A stretch of DNA of 64,000 bases, taken from contig CAZYQX010000014.1 in the NCBI GenBank assembly GCA_964649985.1, positions 6,124 through 70,123 on the forward strand, in the 5' to 3' direction. Of this stretch, positions 33,719 to 43,501 are shown piece after piece. The notes beneath the pieces are model-generated. The model saw nothing but the letters and a program-made list of their open reading frames with translations. It ran no database searches and was not told where the DNA came from. A program made the position numbers and the translations under genes. The first letter of the stretch is position 1. Each line of letters opens with the position of its first letter. The DNA comes from an uncultured Pseudomonadales bacterium. Its GTDB lineage: Bacteria > Pseudomonadota > Gammaproteobacteria > Pseudomonadales > CAZYQX01.

Positions 33719-36403
33719 TCAGTTCTGTGCGCTTAACAATGCCCGCCCCAGCTCGCGCGCCAGCGCTACGCTGCTGACGGGTTTGCTGAGTACAGCCATG
33801 GCCCCGGCCGCTTGTAGCGCGCTGATGGTGTCGCTATCTTGCTGGCTTGTCATGGACAGCAGCGGCAGGGGCGCATCGGCGCGGCGTGCGGCCATCAGGC
33901 GCAGTGCGCGTGGCATTTCGGTGCCGCCCAGGCGGGGTAGCTCGCTGTCTATGATCAGCGCTGCAATCGACTGCCAGTGCTGTTCGGCATAATCGAGCGC
34001 CTCTTGGGCATCAACACAGAAGTGCGGCCTGAAGCCGAGGCGTTCCAGCTGTTGTTTTAGCAATCGAGCGTTTACGGGATTGTCGTCCACCACTACCGTC
34101 AGTGGGCGGTGACGCACGATGTTTTCCCGTTCCGTGTTGAGGGCAATAAGCTCACTGATCAGCTGCCCGAAAACCATGCTGCGCACGGGTTTGGCAAAAT
34201 ACAGGGCACCCGCCAGCTCTTCGCCCGCGCGCAGGGCTGAGAGATCCTTAGCGGATAGAACGAGCAGGCCCTCTTTGGGCAGGGAGTCAAGTTCTGCCAG
34301 CAAGGTAGAAGAAAGCCATTGGGAGGCTTCTGGCAGGCGAGGGTTGAACGCGATTACGTCCGGGGCGGTCCGTCCATCCAGCAACTCTATGCCTTGGCTC
34401 ATGTCTGCTGCATACAGAACGTCCATGCCCCAGTCGCGCGCTTCATCCGTGAGCGCAATGCGGTCAGCACTATCGGTATCCACCAATAGCAGGGTTTGCT
34501 GACGGACAGCGGGCAGCGCAACCTGCAGGGTCTGCTGGCAGAATTCGAAGGCCAATGTCAGGCTGTAGCTGCGCCCGCTTCCCTTGTGCGTGGAGATCTG
34601 CAGATCACCGCCCAGGTGTCTCGCCAGTGCGCGGCAGCCTTCCAGATTGATGTCTGAGAAGATGGGCTGAGATCCCTCTGCAGGGGAGAGCTCCTGCGCC
34701 GTTTCTGGGGCAAGCGTGTGAATGCTGCTGTCGTCCAGAGTGAAGCATAGGCGCAGCGGCCCTGCTTCAGTGGCTGGGACGCGCTCTACGCGTAGCAGCA
34801 AGTGGCCACGGTAGGCGCGGTGCATGGCATGGTCCAACAGGCCGATCAGCATGCGCCGCAGGCGCGGCTCATCTCCGCTGAGAAGCATGGGGATTTCGGG
34901 CGCAATATCCACGCCAATGGTCAGCCCTGTGGCACGCGCGCGCGATAGCAGGGTCTGCAGAACATCGCTCAACACGATGTCCAGACAGAAATCGAGACGG
35001 TTCGTGTGCAGGAGGTCGCGTCGCATGCGGGCCATGTCTTCCAGATTTTCCAGCGTCACCTGCAAGCGGGCGGCACTGCGTTCAATGTGCAGCGCTGTGC
35101 GTGCCTGTTCCACGGGGATGCGTGCCTTGGCCAGCCGGCTTATCAACGAGAAGAAACCTTCCAGCGCGGGGTGCAAGTTGAGTGAGATGCGTGCCAGAAG
35201 CTGCTGCTGTGTGCTGGCGAGCGCCTCTTGTCTTGCTTGCTGTAGGCTTACCGGGTTGTTCGTGGGGCTCAGGTTGGTCGATTGCGTGTCGAGCCCCTTG
35301 AGCATGATGGCCCCACTGAGCAATGCCGTAAGAAGTAACAGCAAGTCGCGTTGCTCGGCGGCCCAGAGCCAGTGGTAGCTGACAAATTGTAAGGCCGTCG
35401 GGATGGTCGCCGCCATGAGAATGCTGATGGCAAAGGCCGTGGCGCCCGGGAAGTCGCGCTCGCGGTTGACACTTGCTGTCACAAGGGCCACGGCGATGAG
35501 GAAGCCGAAGCACGCGAGATAGAGAAATTTGAACAATGGAATGTTGCCTGCTGCGGCGAGGGGCAGAAGCACCACGGCGGTACTTAGCAGATACAGGTTG
35601 AAACCAAGATGAAGCCGCGGATGGCGGTTTTTACTCTGATAGACCTCGCGCAGTAGCGCGGCAGCGATGAGCAATGTTGCACTTTGGGCAAGCAATGTGA
35701 ATGAGGTGTTGAGCAGGCCGGCACCCAGCAGCTGGTGCTTGCCGCTGTATGCCAGCACGTTGGCCAATAGCCAGCCCGCCAGCCAGGCAAAGGCCGCTGT
35801 CTTTGCCCGCCACTGGCTGCTGGCGCTCAGCAGGGTCACGCCGAGTGCCGCACCGACCACGAGCCATTCGAGGAGTTTGTTTTGGGCATTTGTTTCCAAC
35901 AGTGAGTTACTGCTGTGAACACGCAGAGAGAGGGAAAGCTGGTCGCGGCTTTGCAGGCAGAGCAACACGGTTTGGGGCGTATTGTTGAGTATGCGGATGG
36001 GCAGTGAGGGAAAACCTTGGGCACTCAATATCGGCCTGACATCCAGAGGCGTGACCAGACTGTTGCTGGCACTGAACGCGCTAAAGTGCTCCAGTGAAGC
36101 ATTGGCCACGCTGATCCAGAGTGTGTCGTTTTCGGTGCGTGGCAACTGCAGTTTGATCCACACGTTTGCCGCTCGCATGCCGAGCTGCGCTGGGGTTTTG
36201 CCGTCGCTGAGCTTGCGCCAATGGCTCTGCGGGAGCGCAGCAATCTGCTGGGCATCCTGCGGGCCGAGTGGGGAGAGCAGATAAACCGCGTCAGCAACGC
36301 TGTCCGTGTCGGAGCGCGTGGATTCCTGCGCCATGCTGTTAGCGGTACTCGTCATCAGCCAGGCGGTTAAAGCAGTCAATAGCAGGGCGCGTAGCGTAAT
36401 CAT
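33719..36403 (-). CDS. 7TMR-DISM hybrid sensor kinase-like protein with degenerate ATP-binding motifs, plus C-terminal receiver
   Basis: 894 aa. Signal peptide, periplasmic domain, about 7 TM helices, H-box-like ISLNLHPALEG. The N-box reads LLDHAM (Asn to Asp) and G1 reads TLDDSS (no DxGxG). The terminal REC has ALIIDSELPRLGG. Confidence 0.7.
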   Translation of the reverse strand: MITLRALLLTALTAWLMTSTANSMAQESTRSDTDSVADAVYLLSPLGPQDAQQIAALPQSHWRKLSDGKTPAQLGMRAANVWIKLQLPRTENDTLWISVANASLEHFSAFSASNSLVTPLDVRPILSAQGFPSLPIRILNNTPQTVLLCLQSRDQLSLSLRVHSSNSLLETNAQNKLLEWLVVGAALGVTLLSASSQWRAKTAAFAWLAGWLLANVLAYSGKHQLLGAGLLNTSFTLLAQSATLLIAAALLREVYQSKNRHPRLHLGFNLYLLSTAVVLLPLAAAGNIPLFKFLYLACFGFLIAVALVTASVNRERDFPGATAFAISILMAATIPTALQFVSYHWLWAAEQRDLLLLLTALLSGAIMLKGLDTQSTNLSPTNNPVSLQQARQEALASTQQQLLARISLNLHPALEGFFSLISRLAKARIPVEQARTALHIERSAARLQVTLENLEDMARMRRDLLHTNRLDFCLDIVLSDVLQTLLSRARATGLTIGVDIAPEIPMLLSGDEPRLRRMLIGLLDHAMHRAYRGHLLLRVERVPATEAGPLRLCFTLDDSSIHTLAPETAQELSPAEGSQPIFSDINLEGCRALARHLGGDLQISTHKGSGRSYSLTLAFEFCQQTLQVALPAVRQQTLLLVDTDSADRIALTDEARDWGMDVLYAADMSQGIELLDGRTAPDVIAFNPRLPEASQWLSSTLLAELDSLPKEGLLVLSAKDLSALRAGEELAGALYFAKPVRSMVFGQLISELIALNTERENIVRHRPLTVVVDDNPVNARLLKQQLERLGFRPHFCVDAQEALDYAEQHWQSIAALIIDSELPRLGGTEMPRALRLMAARRADAPLPLLSMTSQQDSDTISALQAAGAMAVLSKPVSSVALARELGRALLSAQN

Positions 36404-36411
36404 GTACTGGC

Positions 36412-39081
36412 TCAGATGGCGTTTGCGTTGGGAAGGCAGATTTTTTGCAGCTGGCGTCCAAGTTCTGCTGACAGGACGGGTTTTTCCAGCACGGCATCTA
36501 TACCGGCCGCCCGGGCGCGGCTGTGTTCGATACTGCCGGCACTCAACAGCAGCAGTGGCAGTCGTGGGCTACCTTGGCTGGCCTCCCGGGCACGGATTTC
36601 CCGGGCGCAACGCAGCCCATCCATGATCGGCATGTTGGCACTCAGCAGGGCGCAATCGTAATCCTGCGTATGCGCCACCAGTTCTTCCAAGGCGCTGACG
36701 CCGTCTGGGCAGGTCTTGACACTCGCACCCAGCTGGCGGAGCAGCCCTTGGGTGACGATCTGCGCTGTAGGGTCATCTTCAGCCAACAGCACCCTCAAGT
36801 TGAGTGTCGACTCGGGAGCGGCTGAGTTGGACACGGTTTCTGTGACGACTTCAATGCGCTGTGCTGCCCGAATGCTGCTTTGCAAGCTGCTGAGATCGAT
36901 CGGTTTGGGTGTGAGCCTGAACCCTGGTGCCTGGTGCGCACTGAACTTGATGTCAGAGCACATCAAAATGATGTTTCTTGGGGCGAGGGGGGCAGCGCGG
37001 TAATGTTCTATGAGGCGGCTGAGCGACTCTTCATCGAGAGGCGGTGCGACAATGAACAGCATATGAGCGCGTTCACCTCGGCGCAGCGCATCTTCACTGA
37101 CGGTGTTCACGCCCCATAGGGCTAGCTGTTCTGCAATGGCATGGCGGATGAAATGGGAACCTCCAGCCAGGCCCACGCGGGTTCCTTGCAGTGCCATGGC
37201 ATCACCGGACGATGGGGGGAAACCCACCGGGCAGGGGAGCGTGAAGCCGTATTGCGTGGGCGTCTTGTTTCGGTCGCGCCAAACCCCACCCATTTCGTCG
37301 AGCAGGCGCGCACAGCGGTCACTTGGCTGCGCCATGCTGGATGCATCATTGGCTCCGAACAGTTCCACTTGGAATTGCAAGAGCACGCTGCCGGCGCGGA
37401 TTTCTTCCACTTGGCAACGCAAGGTTATCCCCGGCACACCCTGGCTCAGTGCGTGGTTGAGTAGCTCCAGCAGCACTTCCTGCAAGCGTTGTCGATCGAG
37501 TTTGCATTGAGGTGGCACGTCGGGTGACAGCAGCAGTGCCAGCTCTTGATTATTGAGGCTGGCGCCTGAGGCAAGGCTGTTAAGCAGTGCGGTGAGGAAC
37601 ACTGGCAATTCGGTGTCCTCGCGTTCCAATTGGCTGCTGCCTTCGCGTTGACGGCGGGTGTCAATCACATCATCAAGTAATGTCAGCAGGCCAGTGCCAG
37701 TTTGTTCTATCTGAACCAAGGCGGCGTTAAGGCCAGCAGGGATCGGTTGTGAGCGCATCATTTGCGCTAGCCCGAGGCAGTCTGACATGGGGGCTCTTAC
37801 GGCGTGCCCCAAGGTAGTACTCATCATGGCCTTTATACTGCCTACCGCTTTCTCGTGGGCGTTGTTTTGCGTTTCTGCCCGAGCTTGCGACCTGAGGTAT
37901 TGCTCTCGGTGAGAGATGGCCATGGTGAGGGCCAAGATGGCGAAGCCGATGAGCACTGAACCAATGGGTTGTAGCAGGTCAACACGCTGACTGAGGCCTG
38001 TGCTCAGTACGATCAGGAGGCTGCCCACCACGGTTAACAGCAGGGTTCCCACCAGGTAGGGAATGGCGGGTGTATAGCCCTGGTGCATCCTGTTCCATGC
38101 CAGGCGAATGAAGATCAGCGATGCAATGAAAATGATGGGTGTCATCAGTGTCAGCATCAGGGCTTCCGGAATGCCTGCCGTCACGCCCACCGCCCAGGCG
38201 GCACTGTATGCGGCGTAAAAGCCAAGCAGTCGATGTGTGTTCTGATGCCTTCTTGCGGTATCGAAAATCTGTTGGCTGACCAGCGCATGAAACGTTATCG
38301 CCAGCAGTGGGGCGCCCACTCTGAACAGCGTGGCGAGGAGCGAATTTTCTGCGGTCAGCAGGTGGAAATCATTGTTGCGGGCACCCGTTGCTGCCACCGT
38401 TGCCAGGCAGAGCCCGGCCATGAGCCAGTTGCTGAATCCGCCTTGGCGCATGCCATTAAGCAGGTGAAAGATGCACAGGCCCGCCAGCAGGCCCATACCC
38501 AAGCCGCTTGCCAGCTTTAGCCAGTGTTGGTACTGAAGATAGCCGGCCTCACTTCTTAGTTGAACGGGAAAGGTGTCGATGCGCAGGTCATATGCACGCA
38601 GATAGTAAATTTGCGAGCTGTTGGCCGGCAGATGTAGCCGAGCCACGGGGAGCGCATTGCCAAATGAAAGTGCCTGCGTGCTGTGCGTGCCAAGTTGCTG
38701 GCTAACCCAGCCTTGTTGGGACGCCTGGTAGATATCAACCCGTTCAATGTCTGGATTCGGGATCTCCAGAATCAGGTTGATATCTTCTGCGGTGGGATTG
38801 CTCAACAAGAAGCGGAACCAGAATACCCGTTGACGTGTGCTCGTCCCGCCACCGGCCTTGCCGTTAAACGCCTGGAAGGCCGGCGCCTGGCGGTCGGCTT
38901 CCTCTACGCTCCACTTCCCGGCGCCATCCTCCACAAAGCGCAGTTGCCTGCTGATGTCGAAGCCTGTCGCCAGTTTGTCAGGCTGCACGATGGTTGGGCT
39001 GTCGTCGGCTGCGTGGCTGCCCATCGCAAGGAGCAGTAGCAGAAGGCTGGTAGTGAGGTGTTGTATGAGCCTGCTGATCAT
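36412..39081 (-). CDS. 7TMR-DISM hybrid sensor kinase-like protein with degenerate G-boxes and an Asp-less C-terminal receiver
   Basis: Signal peptide MISRLIQHLTTSLLLLLLAMGSHA (an alternative GTG start lies at 39117). Periplasmic domain, about 7 TM helices, H-box TLGHAVRAPMS, N-box LLNHAL, no DxGxG or GxGLG. The receiver reads CALLSANMPIMDG where the phospho-acceptor Asp is expected. Confidence 0.7.
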   Translation of the reverse strand: MISRLIQHLTTSLLLLLLAMGSHAADDSPTIVQPDKLATGFDISRQLRFVEDGAGKWSVEEADRQAPAFQAFNGKAGGGTSTRQRVFWFRFLLSNPTAEDINLILEIPNPDIERVDIYQASQQGWVSQQLGTHSTQALSFGNALPVARLHLPANSSQIYYLRAYDLRIDTFPVQLRSEAGYLQYQHWLKLASGLGMGLLAGLCIFHLLNGMRQGGFSNWLMAGLCLATVAATGARNNDFHLLTAENSLLATLFRVGAPLLAITFHALVSQQIFDTARRHQNTHRLLGFYAAYSAAWAVGVTAGIPEALMLTLMTPIIFIASLIFIRLAWNRMHQGYTPAIPYLVGTLLLTVVGSLLIVLSTGLSQRVDLLQPIGSVLIGFAILALTMAISHREQYLRSQARAETQNNAHEKAVGSIKAMMSTTLGHAVRAPMSDCLGLAQMMRSQPIPAGLNAALVQIEQTGTGLLTLLDDVIDTRRQREGSSQLEREDTELPVFLTALLNSLASGASLNNQELALLLSPDVPPQCKLDRQRLQEVLLELLNHALSQGVPGITLRCQVEEIRAGSVLLQFQVELFGANDASSMAQPSDRCARLLDEMGGVWRDRNKTPTQYGFTLPCPVGFPPSSGDAMALQGTRVGLAGGSHFIRHAIAEQLALWGVNTVSEDALRRGERAHMLFIVAPPLDEESLSRLIEHYRAAPLAPRNIILMCSDIKFSAHQAPGFRLTPKPIDLSSLQSSIRAAQRIEVVTETVSNSAAPESTLNLRVLLAEDDPTAQIVTQGLLRQLGASVKTCPDGVSALEELVAHTQDYDCALLSANMPIMDGLRCAREIRAREASQGSPRLPLLLLSAGSIEHSRARAAGIDAVLEKPVLSAELGRQLQKICLPNANAI

Positions 39082-39278
39082 GGAGCTGTCTGGAATCTCA
39101 ACTATGGTTATGCGCACTGTCGGATGAAGAACGCCAAGGATTTAGGACGGTACGCCGCTTCGAGTAGGTTTCAGATGAACATAGTGTAGCAGTCGTCAGC
39201 AGCGGGGCTGCTTGTACTTGGTGGCCGGTGGGGAATCCCTTAAGATAGCGGCCTCCTATTATTGTGGTGGAACAGAAC

Positions 39279-40052
39279 ATGGGCTTTGAGTGGTTGCTGG
39301 ATCCCCAGCTGCTGGTCGCGTTGGTGACACTTACGGCACTGGAGATCGTGCTGGGCGTCGACAACATCATCTTTATCTCGATCCTGGTGGGGCGCCTGCC
39401 CGAGCACCAGCGCGCCCGGGCGCGCACCCTGGGCCTGGGATTGGCGATGTTGAGCCGCATTGCGCTATTGTTGTCGCTGGCCTGGATGATGGGCCTCACC
39501 GAGACGCTGTTCACTGTGATGGGGCAGGAGATTTCCTGGCGCGACATCATCCTGGGCGGTGGTGGTTTGTTCCTGCTGGCCAAGAGCACCATGGAAATCC
39601 ATGCCTCGCTGGAGGGTGAGCCGGATCAAAGCTCTCCGGCTGTGGCGGGTTCCAGCCTGTTTATCGGCACCCTGGTGCAGATCGCCATCATCGATATCGT
39701 GTTCTCGCTGGACTCCGTAATCACCGCCGTGGGCATGGTGCAGAACATTCCGGTGATGGTCACGGCCATCATGATCGCGGTGGGCGTAATGCTGTTTGCC
39801 GCGGGCCCCATCGGCGACTTTGTTGACCGCCACCCGACGGTGAAGATTCTGGCCCTCAGCTTCCTGATCCTGGTGGGTACGGCGCTGATTGCCGAGGCGC
39901 TGGATTTCCACGTGCCCAAGGGTTACATCTATTTCGCCATGGCCTTCTCGGTGGTGGTGGAGATGATCAACCTGCGGCTGCGCAAGAAGTTCGAGCCGGT
40001 GGATCTGCACAAGCCGTTGATGCATCCCGATGAGGACCGGGCCGGGAGCTGA
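39279..40052 (+). CDS. TerC-family integral membrane protein
   Basis: MGFEWLLDPQLLVALVTLTALEIVLGVDNIIFISILV matches the TerC/YoaE-type N-terminus. Multiple TM helices. Confidence 0.8.
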   Translation: MGFEWLLDPQLLVALVTLTALEIVLGVDNIIFISILVGRLPEHQRARARTLGLGLAMLSRIALLLSLAWMMGLTETLFTVMGQEISWRDIILGGGGLFLLAKSTMEIHASLEGEPDQSSPAVAGSSLFIGTLVQIAIIDIVFSLDSVITAVGMVQNIPVMVTAIMIAVGVMLFAAGPIGDFVDRHPTVKILALSFLILVGTALIAEALDFHVPKGYIYFAMAFSVVVEMINLRLRKKFEPVDLHKPLMHPDEDRAGS

Positions 40053-40179
40053 TGCGAGCGCCCATAGGCGGGAGGCTTGGCCTCCCGCCATCGGCTCCAC
40101 CCGGGCCCCAAACGGGTGATGTAGCGGCGCCTCGGGCCGGCTAAGCTGCCGGTTCGAGCATCCTGTGGGAGTACGCGCC

Positions 40180-41064
40180 GTGAAAGTGGGTCTTTGTTTG
40201 CCCTATATGAAACCCGGCATCGACCGGGCCTGTGTTCTGGACTGGTGTCGCGAGGTCGATGCCGGCCCATTTGACAGCCTCTCCTGCGGTGAGCGCATCA
40301 CCGGCTACACCATGGAAATGCGCGTGATGCTCTCGGCGGCGGCCGCTGTGACCGAGCGCGTGCGCATCATTCCCACCCTCTATGTACTCCCCATGCATTC
40401 TGCCGTGCTCACGGCCAAGGAAATTGCCACCCTGGACGTGTTGTCGGGCGGTCGCGTGGCCGCGACGGTGGGCGTGGGCGGGCGCGAGAATGACTATCGC
40501 GCGGTGGGGGCCTCCTTCGCCAAGCGCCACGAACGCATGGACCAACAAGTGGCCGAGATGCGCGCCACCTGGCGCGGCGAGGTGCCGTTTGAGGGGTGTG
40601 ATGAGGTAGGGCCGCGCCCGGTGCGGGGTGATGTACCTATTTATGCGGGGGTGATGGGGCCAAAGAGCATGGCCCGGGCCGCCCAGTGGGCGGATGGGGT
40701 TTACTGTTTCTCGATGAATGGCGAGGCCCGGGAAATCGAAGCCATGTTCAATATGGCACGCGAGGCCTGGCAGGCGGCAGGGCGAGAAAAGCCGCCTTAT
40801 CTGATCGGCGGTTTCTGGTACTCACTGGCACCGGACGCCCAGCCGGCCCTGCGGCAGTATGTGTTCGACTATCTGCGCACCATGGGCGACGACTTCGCCC
40901 ACATGATGGCCGACACCATGACCCGCCATAGCCCCGAGGCGGTGGCCCATGGGCTGGAGATCATGCGCCAGGCGGGCGCCGACGAGGTCTTCCTGGTGCC
41001 GGCCACGGCCCACCTCGACGAGGTGCGGCGGGTGGCGCCGGTGGTGGCGCCGTTCCGGGGGTGA
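40180..41064 (+). CDS. Luciferase-like (LLM class) flavin-dependent oxidoreductase
   Basis: LSGGRVAATVGVGGRENDY and the overall TIM-barrel LLM pattern. The GTG at 40180 is preferred (the ORF is open from the GTG at 40165). Confidence 0.65.
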   Translation: MKVGLCLPYMKPGIDRACVLDWCREVDAGPFDSLSCGERITGYTMEMRVMLSAAAAVTERVRIIPTLYVLPMHSAVLTAKEIATLDVLSGGRVAATVGVGGRENDYRAVGASFAKRHERMDQQVAEMRATWRGEVPFEGCDEVGPRPVRGDVPIYAGVMGPKSMARAAQWADGVYCFSMNGEAREIEAMFNMAREAWQAAGREKPPYLIGGFWYSLAPDAQPALRQYVFDYLRTMGDDFAHMMADTMTRHSPEAVAHGLEIMRQAGADEVFLVPATAHLDEVRRVAPVVAPFRG

Positions 41065-41138
41065 GGGTTCAGGGCTTCGTACACTCGCCATAATCCAGTA
41101 TGCTTCGCGCCCAATATCAGGTGTCAGGAATCAAGACG

Positions 41139-43196
41139 ATGATGCAGGTACTGGTGTGGGGAGCCATCTCCCTGCTGGGGGCGGGGGCGCTGGCCGTGAT
41201 GGCCCTGAATCGTGGCGAGAGCGTCAATGCCCTATGGTTGGTGGTGGCCTCCCTGAGTGTGTACGCCATCGCCTATCGCTTCTATAGCCGCTTCATCTGC
41301 CAGCGGGTGATGCAGCTGGACGACCGCCGGCTCACGCCGGCCGAGCGCATGAATGATGGCCTGGACTATGTGCCCACCCACAAGTGGGTGCTGTTTGGCC
41401 ACCATTTCGCCGCCATTGCCGGTGCGGGGCCGCTGGTGGGGCCGGTGCTGGCGGCGCAGATGGGCTATCTGCCGGGCACCCTGTGGTTGCTGGCCGGTGT
41501 GATGCTGGCCGGCGCGGTTCAGGATGCCATGATCCTGTTTATTTCGGCTCGCCGTGATGGCCGCTCCTTGGGCGAGATCATCCGCCAGGAAATGGGCCAG
41601 GTGGCCGGCGTGGTGGGCATGATCGGCATTCTCGCCATCGTCATCATCCTGCTGGCGGTGCTGGGCATGGTGGTGGTGAAGGCGCTGATGCACAGTGCCT
41701 GGGGGACCTTCACGCTGGTGGCCACCGTGCCCATCGCCGTGTTCATGGGCCTGTACATGCGCTATCTGCGCCCGGGGCGGGTGCTGGAAATATCCGTGGT
41801 GGGCTTTGCCCTGCTGATGGGCTCCATCGTCGCCGGGCAGTGGGTGGCCGAGCACCCGGTGTTGGCACCCATCTTTACCCTCAAGGGCGAGACGCTGGCG
41901 CTGTGGCTGATTGGCTACGGTTTCGTGGCCTCGGTGTTGCCGGTGTGGTTGCTGTTGGCGCCGCGCGATTATCTGTCCACCTTCCTGAAAATTGGCACCA
42001 TCGCGGGCCTGGCAATCGGCATTCTGTGGGTGGCGCCACCGCTGCAGATGCCGGCGGTGACCCAGTTCATCGACGGTACCGGCCCGGTGTTCGCCGGCTC
42101 GCTGTTTCCCTTCCTGTTCATCACCATTGCCTGCGGTGCAGTCTCGGGTTTCCACTCGCTGGTCTCATCGGGCACCACACCCAAGATGCTGGAGCGGGAG
42201 TCGCACATCCGGCCCATCGGTTATGGTGCGATGTTGATGGAATCCTTCGTGGCGGTGATGGCCATGGTGGCCGCCTGTGTGCTCGACCCCGGGGTGTATT
42301 TCGCGTTGAACAGCTCCCCGGCCCTGATCGGCAAGACCACCGCCGAAGCGGCCCAAGCCATTTCGCAGTGGGGCTTCCTGATCACCCCCGAGGCGCTGGA
42401 GCAGATGGCGCGTGATGTGGGCGAGCAGAGCATTCTCTCCCGCACCGGCGGTGCGCCCACCCTGGCGGTGGGGATGGCCAAGATCCTGTCGGATGTGATC
42501 GGCGGCCAGGCCATGATGGCGTTCTGGTATCACTTCGCCATTCTGTTTGAAGCGCTGTTCATCCTGACCACCATCGATGCAGGCACGCGGGTCTGCCGCT
42601 TCCTGATCCAGGACCTGCTGGGCACCGCTCACCCGGCGCTGGCCCGCACCGACTCCTGGGGCGCCAACATGCTGGCCACCGGCCTGGCGGTGGGCGGCTG
42701 GGGTTGGTTCCTCTACCAGGGCGTGGTGGACCCTTTCGGCGGCATCAACACCTTGTGGGCGCTGTTTGGCATCGCCAACCAGATGTTGGCGGGCATGGCC
42801 CTGATGCTGGCCACGGTGGTGTTGGTACGCATGGGCAAGGCGCGCTTTGCCTGGGTGACGGCGCTACCGGCTGCCTGGGTGCTGATCGTGACCATGACGG
42901 CAGGCTGGCAGAAGCTGTTCAGTGACAATCCGAAAATCGGCTTCCTGTCGCATGCGGAAAAATTCCAGGCCGCCATTGATCGGGGCGAGGTGCTGGCGCC
43001 GGCCAAGGACATGGCGCAGATGAAACTGGTGGTGTTCAACGACTATGTGGATGCCGCCATGGGGGCGATCTTCATGGTGGTGGTCGTGGCCATGCTGTTG
43101 TTCGCCATTCGCGCCTGTCGCCAGGCCCTGGCGGCGGGGCAGCCCACGGCCTCTGAAACCGCGCCGGTGTGGCGCCAGGAGCCGGCACATGGCTGA
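41139..43196 (+). CDS. cstA: Carbon starvation protein A (peptide/pyruvate transporter family)
   Basis: ALNRGESVNALWLVVASLSVYAIAYRFYSRFI is collinear with the E. coli CstA N-terminus. About 18 TM segments. Confidence 0.9.
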   Translation: MMQVLVWGAISLLGAGALAVMALNRGESVNALWLVVASLSVYAIAYRFYSRFICQRVMQLDDRRLTPAERMNDGLDYVPTHKWVLFGHHFAAIAGAGPLVGPVLAAQMGYLPGTLWLLAGVMLAGAVQDAMILFISARRDGRSLGEIIRQEMGQVAGVVGMIGILAIVIILLAVLGMVVVKALMHSAWGTFTLVATVPIAVFMGLYMRYLRPGRVLEISVVGFALLMGSIVAGQWVAEHPVLAPIFTLKGETLALWLIGYGFVASVLPVWLLLAPRDYLSTFLKIGTIAGLAIGILWVAPPLQMPAVTQFIDGTGPVFAGSLFPFLFITIACGAVSGFHSLVSSGTTPKMLERESHIRPIGYGAMLMESFVAVMAMVAACVLDPGVYFALNSSPALIGKTTAEAAQAISQWGFLITPEALEQMARDVGEQSILSRTGGAPTLAVGMAKILSDVIGGQAMMAFWYHFAILFEALFILTTIDAGTRVCRFLIQDLLGTAHPALARTDSWGANMLATGLAVGGWGWFLYQGVVDPFGGINTLWALFGIANQMLAGMALMLATVVLVRMGKARFAWVTALPAAWVLIVTMTAGWQKLFSDNPKIGFLSHAEKFQAAIDRGEVLAPAKDMAQMKLVVFNDYVDAAMGAIFMVVVVAMLLFAIRACRQALAAGQPTASETAPVWRQEPAHG

Positions 43197-43392
43197 GTTG
43201 CGCATTCGCCAGGTGCTGGCCCGCATCGGTCAGACTGCCCGCTTGATGGTGGGGGTGGGGGACTACCAGGCCTACCTGCGGCACATGGCGCAACACCACC
43301 CCGAGCTGGCACCGTTGAGTGAGGCCGATTTTGTTCGCCGGGCGGTTGAGGCCCGGTATGGCGGAGGCAAGCTACAGCGCTGCCCCTGCTAG
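43189..43392 (+). CDS. YbdD/YjiX family small protein (DUF466)
   Basis: 67 aa. MVGVGDYQAYLRHMAQHHPE..LSEADFVRR...RYGGG..RCPC. It overlaps the cstA stop (ATGGCTGA), the canonical cstA-ybdD arrangement. Confidence 0.85.
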   Translation: MAELRIRQVLARIGQTARLMVGVGDYQAYLRHMAQHHPELAPLSEADFVRRAVEARYGGGKLQRCPC

Positions 43393-43441
43393 CGTTGTAC
43401 CGCCGTACACGTTCTCTGGGGGATCACTGGTGCAGATCAAT

Positions 43442-43468
43442 GTTTAAACAACCGATGGGTGTTTAAAC
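43442..43468. promoter_or_regulatory. Two GTTTAAAC palindromes 19 bp apart upstream of the hlyD/ABC-2 operon
   Basis: tGTTTAAACaaccgatgggtGTTTAAACt, 35-60 nt upstream of the HlyD-family start. Candidate operator. Confidence 0.3.
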
Positions 43469-43501
43469 TGAGTCTCAGTACGGGTGGATGAGGAAGCCCT
43501 G

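Noticed and set aside
39118-39278. A yybP-ykoY (Mn2+) riboswitch upstream of the TerC-family gene.
   Set aside because: I could not find the conserved GGGGAGUAG / four-way-junction consensus blocks in the 160-nt leader, only generic hairpins.
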